From: a virus
Taxonomy: Duplodnaviria; Caudoviricetes
DNA length: 64,000 bases
Reading direction: 5' to 3' (one strand)
Virus record (IMG/VR): IMGVR_UViG_3300031555_001519
Location: 1 to 64,000 of that record
Every line of letters starts with the position of its first letter. Position 1 is the stretch's first letter. Shown piece after piece: positions 17,354 to 26,526 of this stretch. The position numbers and the translations under genes were made by a program. Under the pieces are notes generated by a model. It was not told the origin of the DNA. It ran no database searches and saw only the letters and a program-made list of their open reading frames with translations.

Positions 17354-17696
17354 TGCAGCGATATGTATTCTGAGGCTTTTACAGATTGTGCCAACATTGA
17401 CAGAGAAACAATACTGTATACTGGGCGAGTTGATCATAGCCTGGGGATGCATCTTAAAAAGACTTGGCAGTTGGAGCGTCTGACGTATTCAGACTTAGTT
17501 GTGGTTAAACTGTCCGGTGTGAGTTACTGTTAACTCCGTTTTCGGTGAGGGCGATTAAACCGAATAAATAAAATCCATTTGACGAGGTATTAGAGTGTGG
17601 GAAATTTTGGTGGGTGTAGGCGTGTAGTACTGCATGAGTAGTCAAATGCAAATTAATATTTACTTAAAGAGGCATGGATCTCGTAATTTAAGTAAA
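17354..17696 (+). ncRNA. Candidate structured ncRNA within the tRNA cluster
   Basis: GC-richer region without a credible ORF; several hairpins and a possible pseudoknot. Confidence 0.4.
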
Positions 17697-17698
17697 GT

Positions 17699-17764
17699 TC
17701 TGGTGTAGCTCAGTTGGGAGAGCAGAGTTCTACGGAGTCGATGGTTCGAGTCCATCCATCAGAA
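17699..17764 (+). ncRNA. tRNA-like RNA lacking an anticodon arm
   Basis: Acceptor TCTGGTG/CATCAGA with canonical D and T arms, but only 15 nt between them, containing cTACGg. Confidence 0.65.
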
Positions 17765-17819
17765 TTAAAACTACTGTTTCACCAGTTTCAAGTGTCTAAA
17801 ATGAAAGGAAACATAAAAG

Positions 17820-18575
17820 ATGAAAAACAAATTGATTACATTATTGTCTTTTGTAGCAATTCTAATAATATGGTATTTTGCATCACTAAAATATAATCCG
17901 TTATTTATTCCGAATCCAATAACAGTTTTTGAAGATGCTAAGTTACTTTTATCTACCGGACAATTACAAATTGCTATCTTGTATACTTTTAGAAGAATCT
18001 TAATTGCTTCTGTGTTAGCTGGGTGTGCTGCTTTACCGTTGGGATTATTGGTATATAATTTTAAATTTGTAAGATATTCAATTAATCCGATTATAAGTCT
18101 TATGAGATACATCCCAATAACTGCATTTCATCCTTTGTTAATTATGTGGTTAGGGATTGATGAACAAATGAAAATAGCTTTTTTGTTTATAGCAGCATTT
18201 GTATATATGATGCCTTCGGTTGTTTTATCTTTAGAGGAAATTAATCAAGATTTGATAGAAACTGGATATACGATTGGCATGAGTAAACTACAAACTATAA
18301 CAAGAATACAGTTACCAGCTATGTTACCTAGTATATTAAACAGTTTTGTAATGTGTTTCGGAATAGGATTTACATATAGTGCAGTTGTTGAAAGTATTAA
18401 TGCTAAATATGGACTGGGTTATATGATACAACAATCATCTGCAAGAGGTAAAACCGATTTAGTGTTTCTTGGAATTATAGCAATTATGATTGTTAGTTTT
18501 GTATTTGACAATCTTGCAAAATGGTTAATTAAGAAATGTTTTAGATGGAGGTATTTAAATGATTCAGTTGAATAA
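17820..18575 (+). CDS. ABC transporter permease (NitT/TauC/SsuC type)
   Basis: Multiple TM segments; EAA-like LIETGYTIGMS..IQLPAMLP. Confidence 0.9.
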   Translation: MKNKLITLLSFVAILIIWYFASLKYNPLFIPNPITVFEDAKLLLSTGQLQIAILYTFRRILIASVLAGCAALPLGLLVYNFKFVRYSINPIISLMRYIPITAFHPLLIMWLGIDEQMKIAFLFIAAFVYMMPSVVLSLEEINQDLIETGYTIGMSKLQTITRIQLPAMLPSILNSFVMCFGIGFTYSAVVESINAKYGLGYMIQQSSARGKTDLVFLGIIAIMIVSFVFDNLAKWLIKKCFRWRYLNDSVE

Positions 18576-19176
18576 CATTACTACTGGTTATAGCAGAGAC
18601 AAGCCATTGAAAAAGAACTTCTCTTATGTTTTTGAAGACAATAAAATTTATGGAATCTTAGGAGAGTCTGGTTGTGGAAAATCAACTTTATTTAAAACAA
18701 TTGCAGGGCTGATTTATCCACTTCAAGGAGAAATATTTATTGATGGAAAGATACTACAAAAAGCAGATAAAAATGATGTCTATATGATGCATCAAAATTA
18801 TACATCATTTGATTGGTTAACATGTTTGGACAATATCTTGATTGTTGAAAAGATAAATCATAGAAGAATCACAGACGAAGCTAAAAAGAATGCACTAGAA
18901 TGGCTTGATAAAGTTGGATTAAAAGAATATGCAAATAAATATCCTAAACAGCTTTCCGGTGGAATGAGACAAAGACTTGCTCTTGCACGTACTTTATATA
19001 TAAAACCATCCATAATTTTAATGGATGAACCGCTATCTGCTTTAGATGAAGAAACTAGAATAGAAATGCAACAGTTAATTTTGGATATTCATAATGAAAC
19101 AAAAAATACAATCATTATGATTACTCACAGTAAGGACGAAGCACATAAAATGTGTGATGTTATATTAAATTTTTAG
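18559..19176 (+). CDS. ABC transporter ATP-binding protein
   Basis: GESGCGKST, LSGGMRQR, MDEPLSALD, ITH. Confidence 0.95.
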   Translation: MIQLNNITTGYSRDKPLKKNFSYVFEDNKIYGILGESGCGKSTLFKTIAGLIYPLQGEIFIDGKILQKADKNDVYMMHQNYTSFDWLTCLDNILIVEKINHRRITDEAKKNALEWLDKVGLKEYANKYPKQLSGGMRQRLALARTLYIKPSIILMDEPLSALDEETRIEMQQLILDIHNETKNTIIMITHSKDEAHKMCDVILNF

Positions 19177-19190
19177 GAGGATAAATAAAA

Positions 19191-19718
19191 ATGGGTTTTT
19201 TAAAGAAATTATTAGTTGAAGAGATTCCAGAGGAGATTCCTGTATACGATGAGGAACTTTATATGGAAGAAACAGTAGTAGAGGTTAATACAGATTCTGT
19301 ATCGCAGGACAACCTGGTAGTGGACATTTACAATCAGAATAATTTGTCTGATTTGTCTAAGTCAATTTTTAAGGTAGAAGAACTTATTAATTCATTACCT
19401 AAAGAGATGCCAAGTGATACAAAGAAGGCTACAGTATTGTCTATTTTGGGTAGTTTTGGTTTGACGGTAGATGAGGTAGTGGCAGATGGTATTTCTAGAA
19501 AAGATATGCTTAACGCCGCATTAGATGAGATTACTGCTGACAACGAGAACGTTATTGCAGAAAATAATTCAAATATTGAATTTAAAAAACAAGAAATCCA
19601 AGAACTTGAAAAGGATAATGCAAATCGAGAATCTGTTATTAAGAACACAGAAGACAAGATTAAGATTGAGACGAAGAGAATTTCAGATTTGATTGTATTT
19701 ATTGGAGGTGAGAAGTAA
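19191..19718 (+). CDS. Hypothetical coiled-coil protein of the ABC/PspA cassette
   Basis: AGGAGG RBS; helical C-terminus. Confidence 0.8.
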   Translation: MGFLKKLLVEEIPEEIPVYDEELYMEETVVEVNTDSVSQDNLVVDIYNQNNLSDLSKSIFKVEELINSLPKEMPSDTKKATVLSILGSFGLTVDEVVADGISRKDMLNAALDEITADNENVIAENNSNIEFKKQEIQELEKDNANRESVIKNTEDKIKIETKRISDLIVFIGGEK

Positions 19719-20455
19719 TGAATTTGAGTACTTTATTAGTAATGATTGCAGTTGTGGTATTTATTGGATTGTTGATTCTTTTTCCTGAGTTCCGTTGCCT
19801 TTGTTTTGGATGGACTCGTCTATTTATTAAAGATATGGCGACAACTCCTGAAGGAGCAGAAGCCATTTATGCAGAAAAAATTAACGAAGCGCAAGATAAG
19901 TATAATAAGGCAGATAATGCTTTGAGAATTGCTGCAGGTAAACTTGATGTTGAAGAAAATAGGCTTAAGACATTATTAAAACAGTTGAAAGATGTGGAGT
20001 CTAAATGCGAGGCACTGGTTCAAGCTGGAAAAATGGAAATGGCGCAGATTAAAGCTGACGAGAGAGCAGAAATCTTGTCTGACATCGAAAGAAGTAAGAA
20101 ATTAATTGAAGCTTATACGGCTGCCAAAAGTGATGCAGAAGAAGTACATAAGGTTTGTGGTGTAACACTTCGTAAATTGAAGAGAGAGTCTAAGGAAGTA
20201 GTTGAAAACATGAGAGTAAAGGCACAGCTTAATGAAGTGTATGATAGTATGGATGATCTTAAGAATGTTACTGCTACTGACAAGCTTCTTGATTCTATTA
20301 AGGAAAAGAATGATGATTTAAACGCATCGGTAGCTGGTGCAAGAGTTATTCACGAGAATAGAACTTCTACGAAAGTACAGAGAGCAAATGATGAGGCCAA
20401 GAAGCTTCAGAGCGATGATTATTTGGTTTCTTTACAAAAGAAATATCATAAGTAA
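19718..20455 (+). CDS. PspA/IM30-like coiled-coil protein with N-terminal TM
   Basis: TM segment, TPEGAEAIY then a long coiled coil. Confidence 0.6.
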   Translation: MNLSTLLVMIAVVVFIGLLILFPEFRCLCFGWTRLFIKDMATTPEGAEAIYAEKINEAQDKYNKADNALRIAAGKLDVEENRLKTLLKQLKDVESKCEALVQAGKMEMAQIKADERAEILSDIERSKKLIEAYTAAKSDAEEVHKVCGVTLRKLKRESKEVVENMRVKAQLNEVYDSMDDLKNVTATDKLLDSIKEKNDDLNASVAGARVIHENRTSTKVQRANDEAKKLQSDDYLVSLQKKYHK

Positions 20456-20492
20456 AAATAATATAATAATTTAAAATTATAAGGAGTATAAA

Positions 20493-22088
20493 ATGAGAAG
20501 ATTTAGATTGACAAAAGTAGCAAAAATTTTGATTATTATTGTTGCATTGGTATTGATTGGAGTCGGCGTATTTGTTGGTGTAAAAACTGGATTTATTAAG
20601 ACTTCAAATGATAAAATGAGCGAGACTACAATGACCGGATCTGAAAGTAAGGTCGATTATGACGAGAATGGAAATGTTATGAATACTACTAAGGTAGATT
20701 CTACTACAATTAACCTGTCTCTTGATGAGTGGATCGGTTGGAAGAGTTGTATTGATGCTAATGGAGGCTTAACTACTCAGCCTGGTTCTATCTATGACCA
20801 ACTTGGTATTACTGTAAATATTAGTGTAATCAATGACGCAACTCAGAGTTCTAATGCTTTGATTAAGGGTGATTTGGATGCCGCTGGTTATACAATTAAT
20901 AGAACTGCATTCTTGTCTCAGAAATTTTCAAATGCAGGTGTTGATGTGATTATGCCTTTCATTACCAATTATTCAAATGGTGGTGATGGTATCATTGCGA
21001 AGTCTAATATCCAAACAGTAGAAGATTTAGTTAAAGCTAAGATTGGTGTTCCTCAATTCTCTGAGGCACATACCTTGGTAGCATGGTTTGTACAGCAGTC
21101 TGATTTGTCTCGTGAAGAGAAAGATACTATTATGAACAATCTTATCTTCTTTGCGACTCCTGATGAAGCAGCAAAAGCTTTCTTCGCCGGAGAAGTAGAC
21201 GTAGCAGCTACATGGGAGCCATACTTAACACAGGCTCAGAATATGACTGATGCTCATATCTTCTTTAGTACAGCTAGTTCTTCTAGCCTTGTAATGGATG
21301 GTATTTTATTTAACAAAGATTTTGCAGAGGCTAATCCTGACGTAGTAAATAAGTTTATCCAAGGTGCTTTGATGGCTTCTGATAAGTATAATACTGAGTT
21401 TGATGCTATTAGAAAGGTCATGCCTATGTTCTCTACTGCATCTGATGAGGATATTATTGCAAACTGTGTTTCTGCTAAGTTAACTACTTGGAAAGACAAT
21501 AGCGATTTGCTTAATGGTACTGCCAAGACAATTTATACAGATATGTGTGATATTTGGAGTTCGCTCGGAGAAACATCAAATAAGGATATTGTAAATGTAC
21601 TTTTTGATGATACTTATATTAATAATATTGCAAATAATTTTAGTTCTACTGAAACTTCTGTGAATACTAATAAAGTTGTAGTAACAGAGGAAAATAAGCA
21701 GGAAATATTGGATGCACAGTCACTTTTAACAAAGTTTGCTTCTGTAACTTTCGTAGTAAATACTGCAAAATTCTCTGATTCTGCTTCTGCATCTAAGGAG
21801 TTGGATGAGTTTATTGAAGTAGCAAAGGTTCTTGATGGAGCAATTATTGAGATTGCTGGTAACACAGATCCTAATCCGGTATCTGATCCTACAGATGAAT
21901 ATAATATTAAACTTTCTTATCAGAGAGCAGAAGCTGTTAAACAGTACTTTGTGATGAACGGGGTTTCTCCTGATAGAATCGTAACTGTGGGTAGAGGTTC
22001 TAGCAATCCTATTGTTGAGAATGATACTGAGGAGCATAGAGCAATGAATAGACGTACTGATGTATCATTTAAGATTATTGAGCAGTAG
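20493..22088 (+). CDS. SsuA/NMT1-like substrate-binding protein fused to an OmpA-like peptidoglycan-binding domain
   Basis: N-terminal TM; GEVDVAATWEPY; C-terminal IEIAGNTD..NIKLSYQRAEAVK..G.G..NP..NRRTD. Confidence 0.85.
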   Translation: MRRFRLTKVAKILIIIVALVLIGVGVFVGVKTGFIKTSNDKMSETTMTGSESKVDYDENGNVMNTTKVDSTTINLSLDEWIGWKSCIDANGGLTTQPGSIYDQLGITVNISVINDATQSSNALIKGDLDAAGYTINRTAFLSQKFSNAGVDVIMPFITNYSNGGDGIIAKSNIQTVEDLVKAKIGVPQFSEAHTLVAWFVQQSDLSREEKDTIMNNLIFFATPDEAAKAFFAGEVDVAATWEPYLTQAQNMTDAHIFFSTASSSSLVMDGILFNKDFAEANPDVVNKFIQGALMASDKYNTEFDAIRKVMPMFSTASDEDIIANCVSAKLTTWKDNSDLLNGTAKTIYTDMCDIWSSLGETSNKDIVNVLFDDTYINNIANNFSSTETSVNTNKVVVTEENKQEILDAQSLLTKFASVTFVVNTAKFSDSASASKELDEFIEVAKVLDGAIIEIAGNTDPNPVSDPTDEYNIKLSYQRAEAVKQYFVMNGVSPDRIVTVGRGSSNPIVENDTEEHRAMNRRTDVSFKIIEQ

Positions 22089-22097
22089 GAGAAAGAT

Positions 22098-22184
22098 ATG
22101 ATTATTCTTAATATTGGGGCTTTTCTATTAGTCTTGTCTATAACTTTTGTTATAGGCTGGCTAATTGGAAAAAGAAAAAAATAA
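22098..22184 (+). CDS. 28-aa single-TM peptide
   Basis: AGGAG RBS; MIILNIGAFLLVLSITFVIGWLIGKRKK. Confidence 0.6.
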   Translation: MIILNIGAFLLVLSITFVIGWLIGKRKK

Positions 22185-22233
22185 AAGGAAAAACTACACC
22201 TATTTAAATAAGCGGAGATTTTCTCCGCACCCT

Positions 22234-22301
22234 CTCCACATAGTTTAATGGTAAAACATTGTGTGTACAGCAATACATCGGTTCAAATCCGATTGTGGGG
22301 G
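22234..22301 (+). tRNA. Degenerate tRNA-like element (loop GTGTACA, apparent GUA)
   Basis: CTCCACA/TGTGGGG, D arm, ATCGG-TTCAAAT-CCGAT; shortened anticodon/variable region. Confidence 0.55.
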
Positions 22302-22395
22302 TTTAGTCATACATGTGCGCAGTGTATGGCTTTGGTAAAAAAATTATGAAGAGATATATAAATTTATTTACTGTCACTGAGGAGGGTGAAACTTA

Positions 22396-23598
22396 GTGAT
22401 AGGCTCTGCAAAGCAGGGTAGTGAAGCCAGGGTGGCAAATGAAAGAGCATTAGCTCATATTGAAAAGGTCGCTTGGATTAAGCCTATTGAAGGTGCAGAT
22501 AATATTGAACTTATTGGTGTCTTAGGATGGGTATGTATCGCTAAGAAAGGTGAGTTTAAAGAAAATGATATGTGTGTCTACTTTGAGATTGATTCAAAGT
22601 TACCTGAAAAAGAATGGTCTGAATTTATGAGGCCAAAACACTTCAAAGTGAAAACTATGAAGTTAGGAAAATTTAATGTTATTAGCCAGGGGTTGGCATT
22701 ACCGGTATCAGCAGTTCCAGAGTTACAAGATAAGGATTTGAAAATTGGTACAAATGTTACAGAATTACTTGGTGTTACATATTCAGTAGAAGAAGATAAC
22801 CATCGTAAATCCAAGAACGGTGATCCGAATGCTAAATACAAATCTATGGCAGCAAGACATCAGAAACTTTTCAAGACTAAACCGTTTAGATGGTTAATGA
22901 AAAAGTCTTGGGGAAGAAAAATGTTATTTTTATTCTTTGGTAAAAAGAAAGATAAACCAAAAGCGTTTCCGGATTGGATTATAAAGACAGATGAAACGAG
23001 AATCGAGAATGCACCATTTTATCTTGAAAGTACAGAGCCTTGGATTAAAACTGAGAAGATAGATGGTACTTCTAGCACATACTTTATTGATTACACTAAA
23101 AATAAAAAGGGTGAATTTGGTGTATGTTCTCGTAATGTAAGGCAAGCAGATGAAAAACAAGAATGTTATCATACTTGTGGAAATGTTTATTGGGAAATGG
23201 TTGGTAAATACAATATCGAATATGCCTTAAGAAGTATTGCAGGTGTTAGAAATGCAAAAAGAGTAGTACTTCAAGGAGAGACTTATGGAGAGTCAATTCA
23301 AGGAAATCCATATAAGTTAAAAGAAAGAAGATTCGCAGCTTTTAATCTTATTGTAGATGGAGTTAGATTAAACTCTTCAGAAGCAAAGGATGCTTTATTT
23401 AGCTACAGTATTCCTTTTGTACCAATTATTGATACTAATTACTATCTTCCAAAAGATATGGAAACTTTTAAATTAGAAGCAGATGGCAAATCAACTGTTT
23501 CTAATGTGCCAAGAGAAGGATTTGTTTACAGAAGTTTAGATGGGACTAGAAGCTTCAAAAATGTAAGCAGAGAATTTTTGCTAAAACATAACTCCTAA
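22396..23598 (+). CDS. ATP-dependent RNA ligase (Rnl2/DRB0094-like) with N-terminal OB domain
   Basis: TEKIDGTS motif I, CSRN, LQGETYG, REGFV, SFKNVS. Confidence 0.85.
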   Translation: MIGSAKQGSEARVANERALAHIEKVAWIKPIEGADNIELIGVLGWVCIAKKGEFKENDMCVYFEIDSKLPEKEWSEFMRPKHFKVKTMKLGKFNVISQGLALPVSAVPELQDKDLKIGTNVTELLGVTYSVEEDNHRKSKNGDPNAKYKSMAARHQKLFKTKPFRWLMKKSWGRKMLFLFFGKKKDKPKAFPDWIIKTDETRIENAPFYLESTEPWIKTEKIDGTSSTYFIDYTKNKKGEFGVCSRNVRQADEKQECYHTCGNVYWEMVGKYNIEYALRSIAGVRNAKRVVLQGETYGESIQGNPYKLKERRFAAFNLIVDGVRLNSSEAKDALFSYSIPFVPIIDTNYYLPKDMETFKLEADGKSTVSNVPREGFVYRSLDGTRSFKNVSREFLLKHNS

Positions 23599-23630
23599 GC
23601 AACAGGTCAGTCAATATTAAGGAAAGGAGA

Positions 23631-23837
23631 ATGGAATGGGTGCGAGAATCAAATAAACACAATAAAGATTGTATTAAATGTAAACAAAATTTCGTATGGT
23701 TTCCGGAACAGACCTGGTGGGATTATTCTGGAACAATTGATACAAAATTAGTTAGATGCCCGAACTGTGGCTGTATACAAAGTATCCAGTATAGGGAACA
23801 AATAAATCCAAATTATGATAAAAGATTATATAAATAA
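23631..23837 (+). CDS. Small zinc-ribbon protein
   Basis: CIKC..CPNC. Confidence 0.65.
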   Translation: MEWVRESNKHNKDCIKCKQNFVWFPEQTWWDYSGTIDTKLVRCPNCGCIQSIQYREQINPNYDKRLYK

Positions 23838-23910
23838 TAAGTCGCTGGTAAGCGATTTAAATAATACCTTAAACTAAATAAAATTAAACAAACATGAAAG
23901 GAAAAGAAAA

Positions 23911-24804
23911 ATGGCAGAAACAACACAAACAAATTTAAGACAGAGTACAGCGAAGGCATTGGCAGAAGGTATTGTAAGTGAAATTGACCTTAAAGAAGTA
24001 GTAGAGGATGGTAAGAAGGCCATAGAAGGTAGTGTGACTATTAAAACTGGCGACACAAATTTTATCCGTTATAATGTAAAGGTTAACGAGAAGACAAAGA
24101 GTGGCGCTGATAACAAGACCTATGCAGGGATTATCACAGTAATGAATGAATATAAGTCAATTGCACAGGTTGGCGAAGAAGAGGCAGATAAAGTAAGAGT
24201 AAGTGGTGATTTAAACATTTACACAAGTGCTATGAATGGCAATGTCAATGTTGGCTACAAGAGCAATTTCTTCAATAGATTAAAGAATCCTGATGAATTT
24301 GAGCCTAAAGCGGAATTCACACTTGAAGTATTTATTTCTTCAATTACTCCTGAAGTAGATAGCGAAGGAGAAGAGACTGGTAGAACCTTAGTTAAAGGAT
24401 GGACAGTAACTTATGCAGGTGTAGAACCAATCACTTTAGTAGCTGAGGGCGATGTAGCTGCAGCTGTAGATAGTACCTTTGAGCCTGGCCAGACTGTAGA
24501 ATTCTACGGTGATATGGTAAATAGTAGAATAGAGAAGATTACAGAGATTCCGGTTGCTATTGGTAAGCCTAGAAGAAAGGTAGAAACTTCTTATAAAAAT
24601 GAGTTGGTTATTACCGGTGCATCTGAAGCTTATGAAGAAGGTGTAAGTGCTGAAAAACCTTATGAAGCAGATATAATTAAAGCTGCTATTCAGGAGAGAC
24701 AGAATAAGCTTGAAGAGGCTAAGGCAAAGGCTCAGAACGCAAGTAAACCTGCCGGTGCAGCAAAACCTTCGGGTGCCCGTTCTGGAAGAACATTGGGATT
24801 TTAG
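23911..24804 (+). CDS. Putative ssDNA-binding (OB-fold) protein
   Basis: Beta-rich, flexible C-terminus, located before the Sak4-like ATPase. Confidence 0.5.
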   Translation: MAETTQTNLRQSTAKALAEGIVSEIDLKEVVEDGKKAIEGSVTIKTGDTNFIRYNVKVNEKTKSGADNKTYAGIITVMNEYKSIAQVGEEEADKVRVSGDLNIYTSAMNGNVNVGYKSNFFNRLKNPDEFEPKAEFTLEVFISSITPEVDSEGEETGRTLVKGWTVTYAGVEPITLVAEGDVAAAVDSTFEPGQTVEFYGDMVNSRIEKITEIPVAIGKPRRKVETSYKNELVITGASEAYEEGVSAEKPYEADIIKAAIQERQNKLEEAKAKAQNASKPAGAAKPSGARSGRTLGF

Positions 24805-24843
24805 GAGAAGCTAGAGCTGGTTTGACTTGCATGGATTATGATT

Positions 24844-24874
24844 TTTAGAGGATGATGTAGAATCATCCTCTAAA
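24844..24874. other. 13-bp perfect intergenic stem-loop
   Basis: TTTAGAGGATGAT/ATCATCCTCTAAA. Confidence 0.6.
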
Positions 24875-24923
24875 CAAAATGAAATTAAATGAAAATAATT
24901 GATTATAGATAAGGAGAATTAGA

Positions 24924-25925
24924 ATGGCAGTAAATGTTGATATTTTTAATCCGCAGAAAACAGTAATTGCAAAGGGATTGGAAGGTAAATCTTTCTTAAT
25001 CTACGGAAGTAACTCATTAGGTAAGACAGCACAATGTGTTCGCATGTCTAAACCTTTTGTAATTGCAACAGAAAGTGGTTTGAATGCAACAGTAGGCGTT
25101 GCATATAATCGTGTAAATACTTGGGCAGATTTTAAGAAATTGGTTAAGCAGTTTACTAGCAAGGCTACTGTAGATAAGGCAAGAGAGTTATACGACACAA
25201 TTATTATTGATGAATTATATGCATCTGCATTATTGTGTCAGGATTATATTCAGACAGTAATTGGTGGAGGAGCTTTAACATTAGGTGATACAGTCGATGG
25301 TGGTAAAGTAAATCTCTACCAAGCATATGAGAAGGAGTTCTTCAAGATGGTAAACACTTTATTATCTTGTAATTATACTGTGGTATTCATTGGACATGAG
25401 CAGGAAAAGGATGGCAAGATGTATCCGAAGGGTGACAAGAGATCCGTTGACCCGGTTAAGGATTTTGTAGATTACGTTATTTATCTTAAGAGTAATGGTG
25501 TAGATGATGAAGGTAGAGTAGTTCCTTCTTCTGCATATTTAGCTGAAACAGATACTTTCTTTGCTCGTTCAAGATTTGATACAACTCCTACATATCTTCC
25601 TGTTTGGAGTGCCGAAGCTTTAGAGGAAGCTGTAAATATCGGTATTGCTGGCAAGGAAAAAGAAAGCGGAGTAAAAGCTGTTTCTTATGAAGAGCAGAAA
25701 GCTCAGAATACTTCAGTATCTTATGATTATGATGAAGTTATGGATCAGCTTCAGGAAGTAGGACAAAGATTTGCCGGTGCCGGAAAGATGGATGAATTAA
25801 CAGAGATTGTTGAGGAAACCCTTGGACGTGGCAAGAAGGTATCCGAGTGTACCAAGAAGCAACTGGATGCTATGGTAATTATTCTTGATAATCTTCAAGA
25901 CAGAGCTAATGAATTAGGTATCTAA
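24924..25925 (+). CDS. AAA_24 / Sak4-like recombination ATPase
   Basis: YGSNSLGKT Walker A, TIIIDE, VFIGHE. Confidence 0.75.
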   Translation: MAVNVDIFNPQKTVIAKGLEGKSFLIYGSNSLGKTAQCVRMSKPFVIATESGLNATVGVAYNRVNTWADFKKLVKQFTSKATVDKARELYDTIIIDELYASALLCQDYIQTVIGGGALTLGDTVDGGKVNLYQAYEKEFFKMVNTLLSCNYTVVFIGHEQEKDGKMYPKGDKRSVDPVKDFVDYVIYLKSNGVDDEGRVVPSSAYLAETDTFFARSRFDTTPTYLPVWSAEALEEAVNIGIAGKEKESGVKAVSYEEQKAQNTSVSYDYDEVMDQLQEVGQRFAGAGKMDELTEIVEETLGRGKKVSECTKKQLDAMVIILDNLQDRANELGI

Positions 25926-25926
25926 T

Positions 25927-26526
25927 ATGGCAAAACGTAAATGCGTGATTTGTAATGAATGGATTGAGGATGAAACTCAGTCCATTCCCTACAAAGGAAG
26001 ATATGCTCATACTAAATGTTTTAACATTGCCATGAAGACCATTAAAAAAGACAAGGACGAAAAGCTTGCAGAAAAGTCTAAGTCTAAAACAAAAACTAAA
26101 TCAACACCAAAGCCGAAAGCAGAGCTTAAGGATGCGGTTTCAGAAGAAGAATATGCAGAAAAGAAACAATATTATCAATATCTTAGGGAATTGATTAATG
26201 ATGAATTATCTGCAAAGGTTTATGCATTATCAGACCAGTACATTTCCCGGTATAATTTTACTTTTAAAGAGATGTATCAGACTTTAGTGTATCTGCATGA
26301 AATTATTGAAAAAGAACTTGTAGGCGATGTTGTAGGTCTTATACCGTATTATTTATCAGAAGCTCAGAATTACTTTAGAAGTATTGAGCAGGTAGAAGAA
26401 ACAAACAAAGACATAGATGTGAGCAAAATGTACAAAGAAAAGGTTATTAAGATTCAACCTAAGAAAAGAATTGCAAAACAATTAGATATAGAGAGTATAG
26501 GGAAAGGAGAAGAGAATGGAAGTTAG
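25927..26526 (+). CDS. Zn-finger replication accessory protein (possible helicase loader)
   Basis: CVIC..HTKC; directly before the helicase. Confidence 0.5.
   Translation: MAKRKCVICNEWIEDETQSIPYKGRYAHTKCFNIAMKTIKKDKDEKLAEKSKSKTKTKSTPKPKAELKDAVSEEEYAEKKQYYQYLRELINDELSAKVYALSDQYISRYNFTFKEMYQTLVYLHEIIEKELVGDVVGLIPYYLSEAQNYFRSIEQVEETNKDIDVSKMYKEKVIKIQPKKRIAKQLDIESIGKGEENGS

Noticed and set aside
17270-17896. ORFs 17270..17452, 17330..17533 and 17714..17896
   Set aside because: They overlap tRNA-like or structured RNA and lack convincing RBSs.
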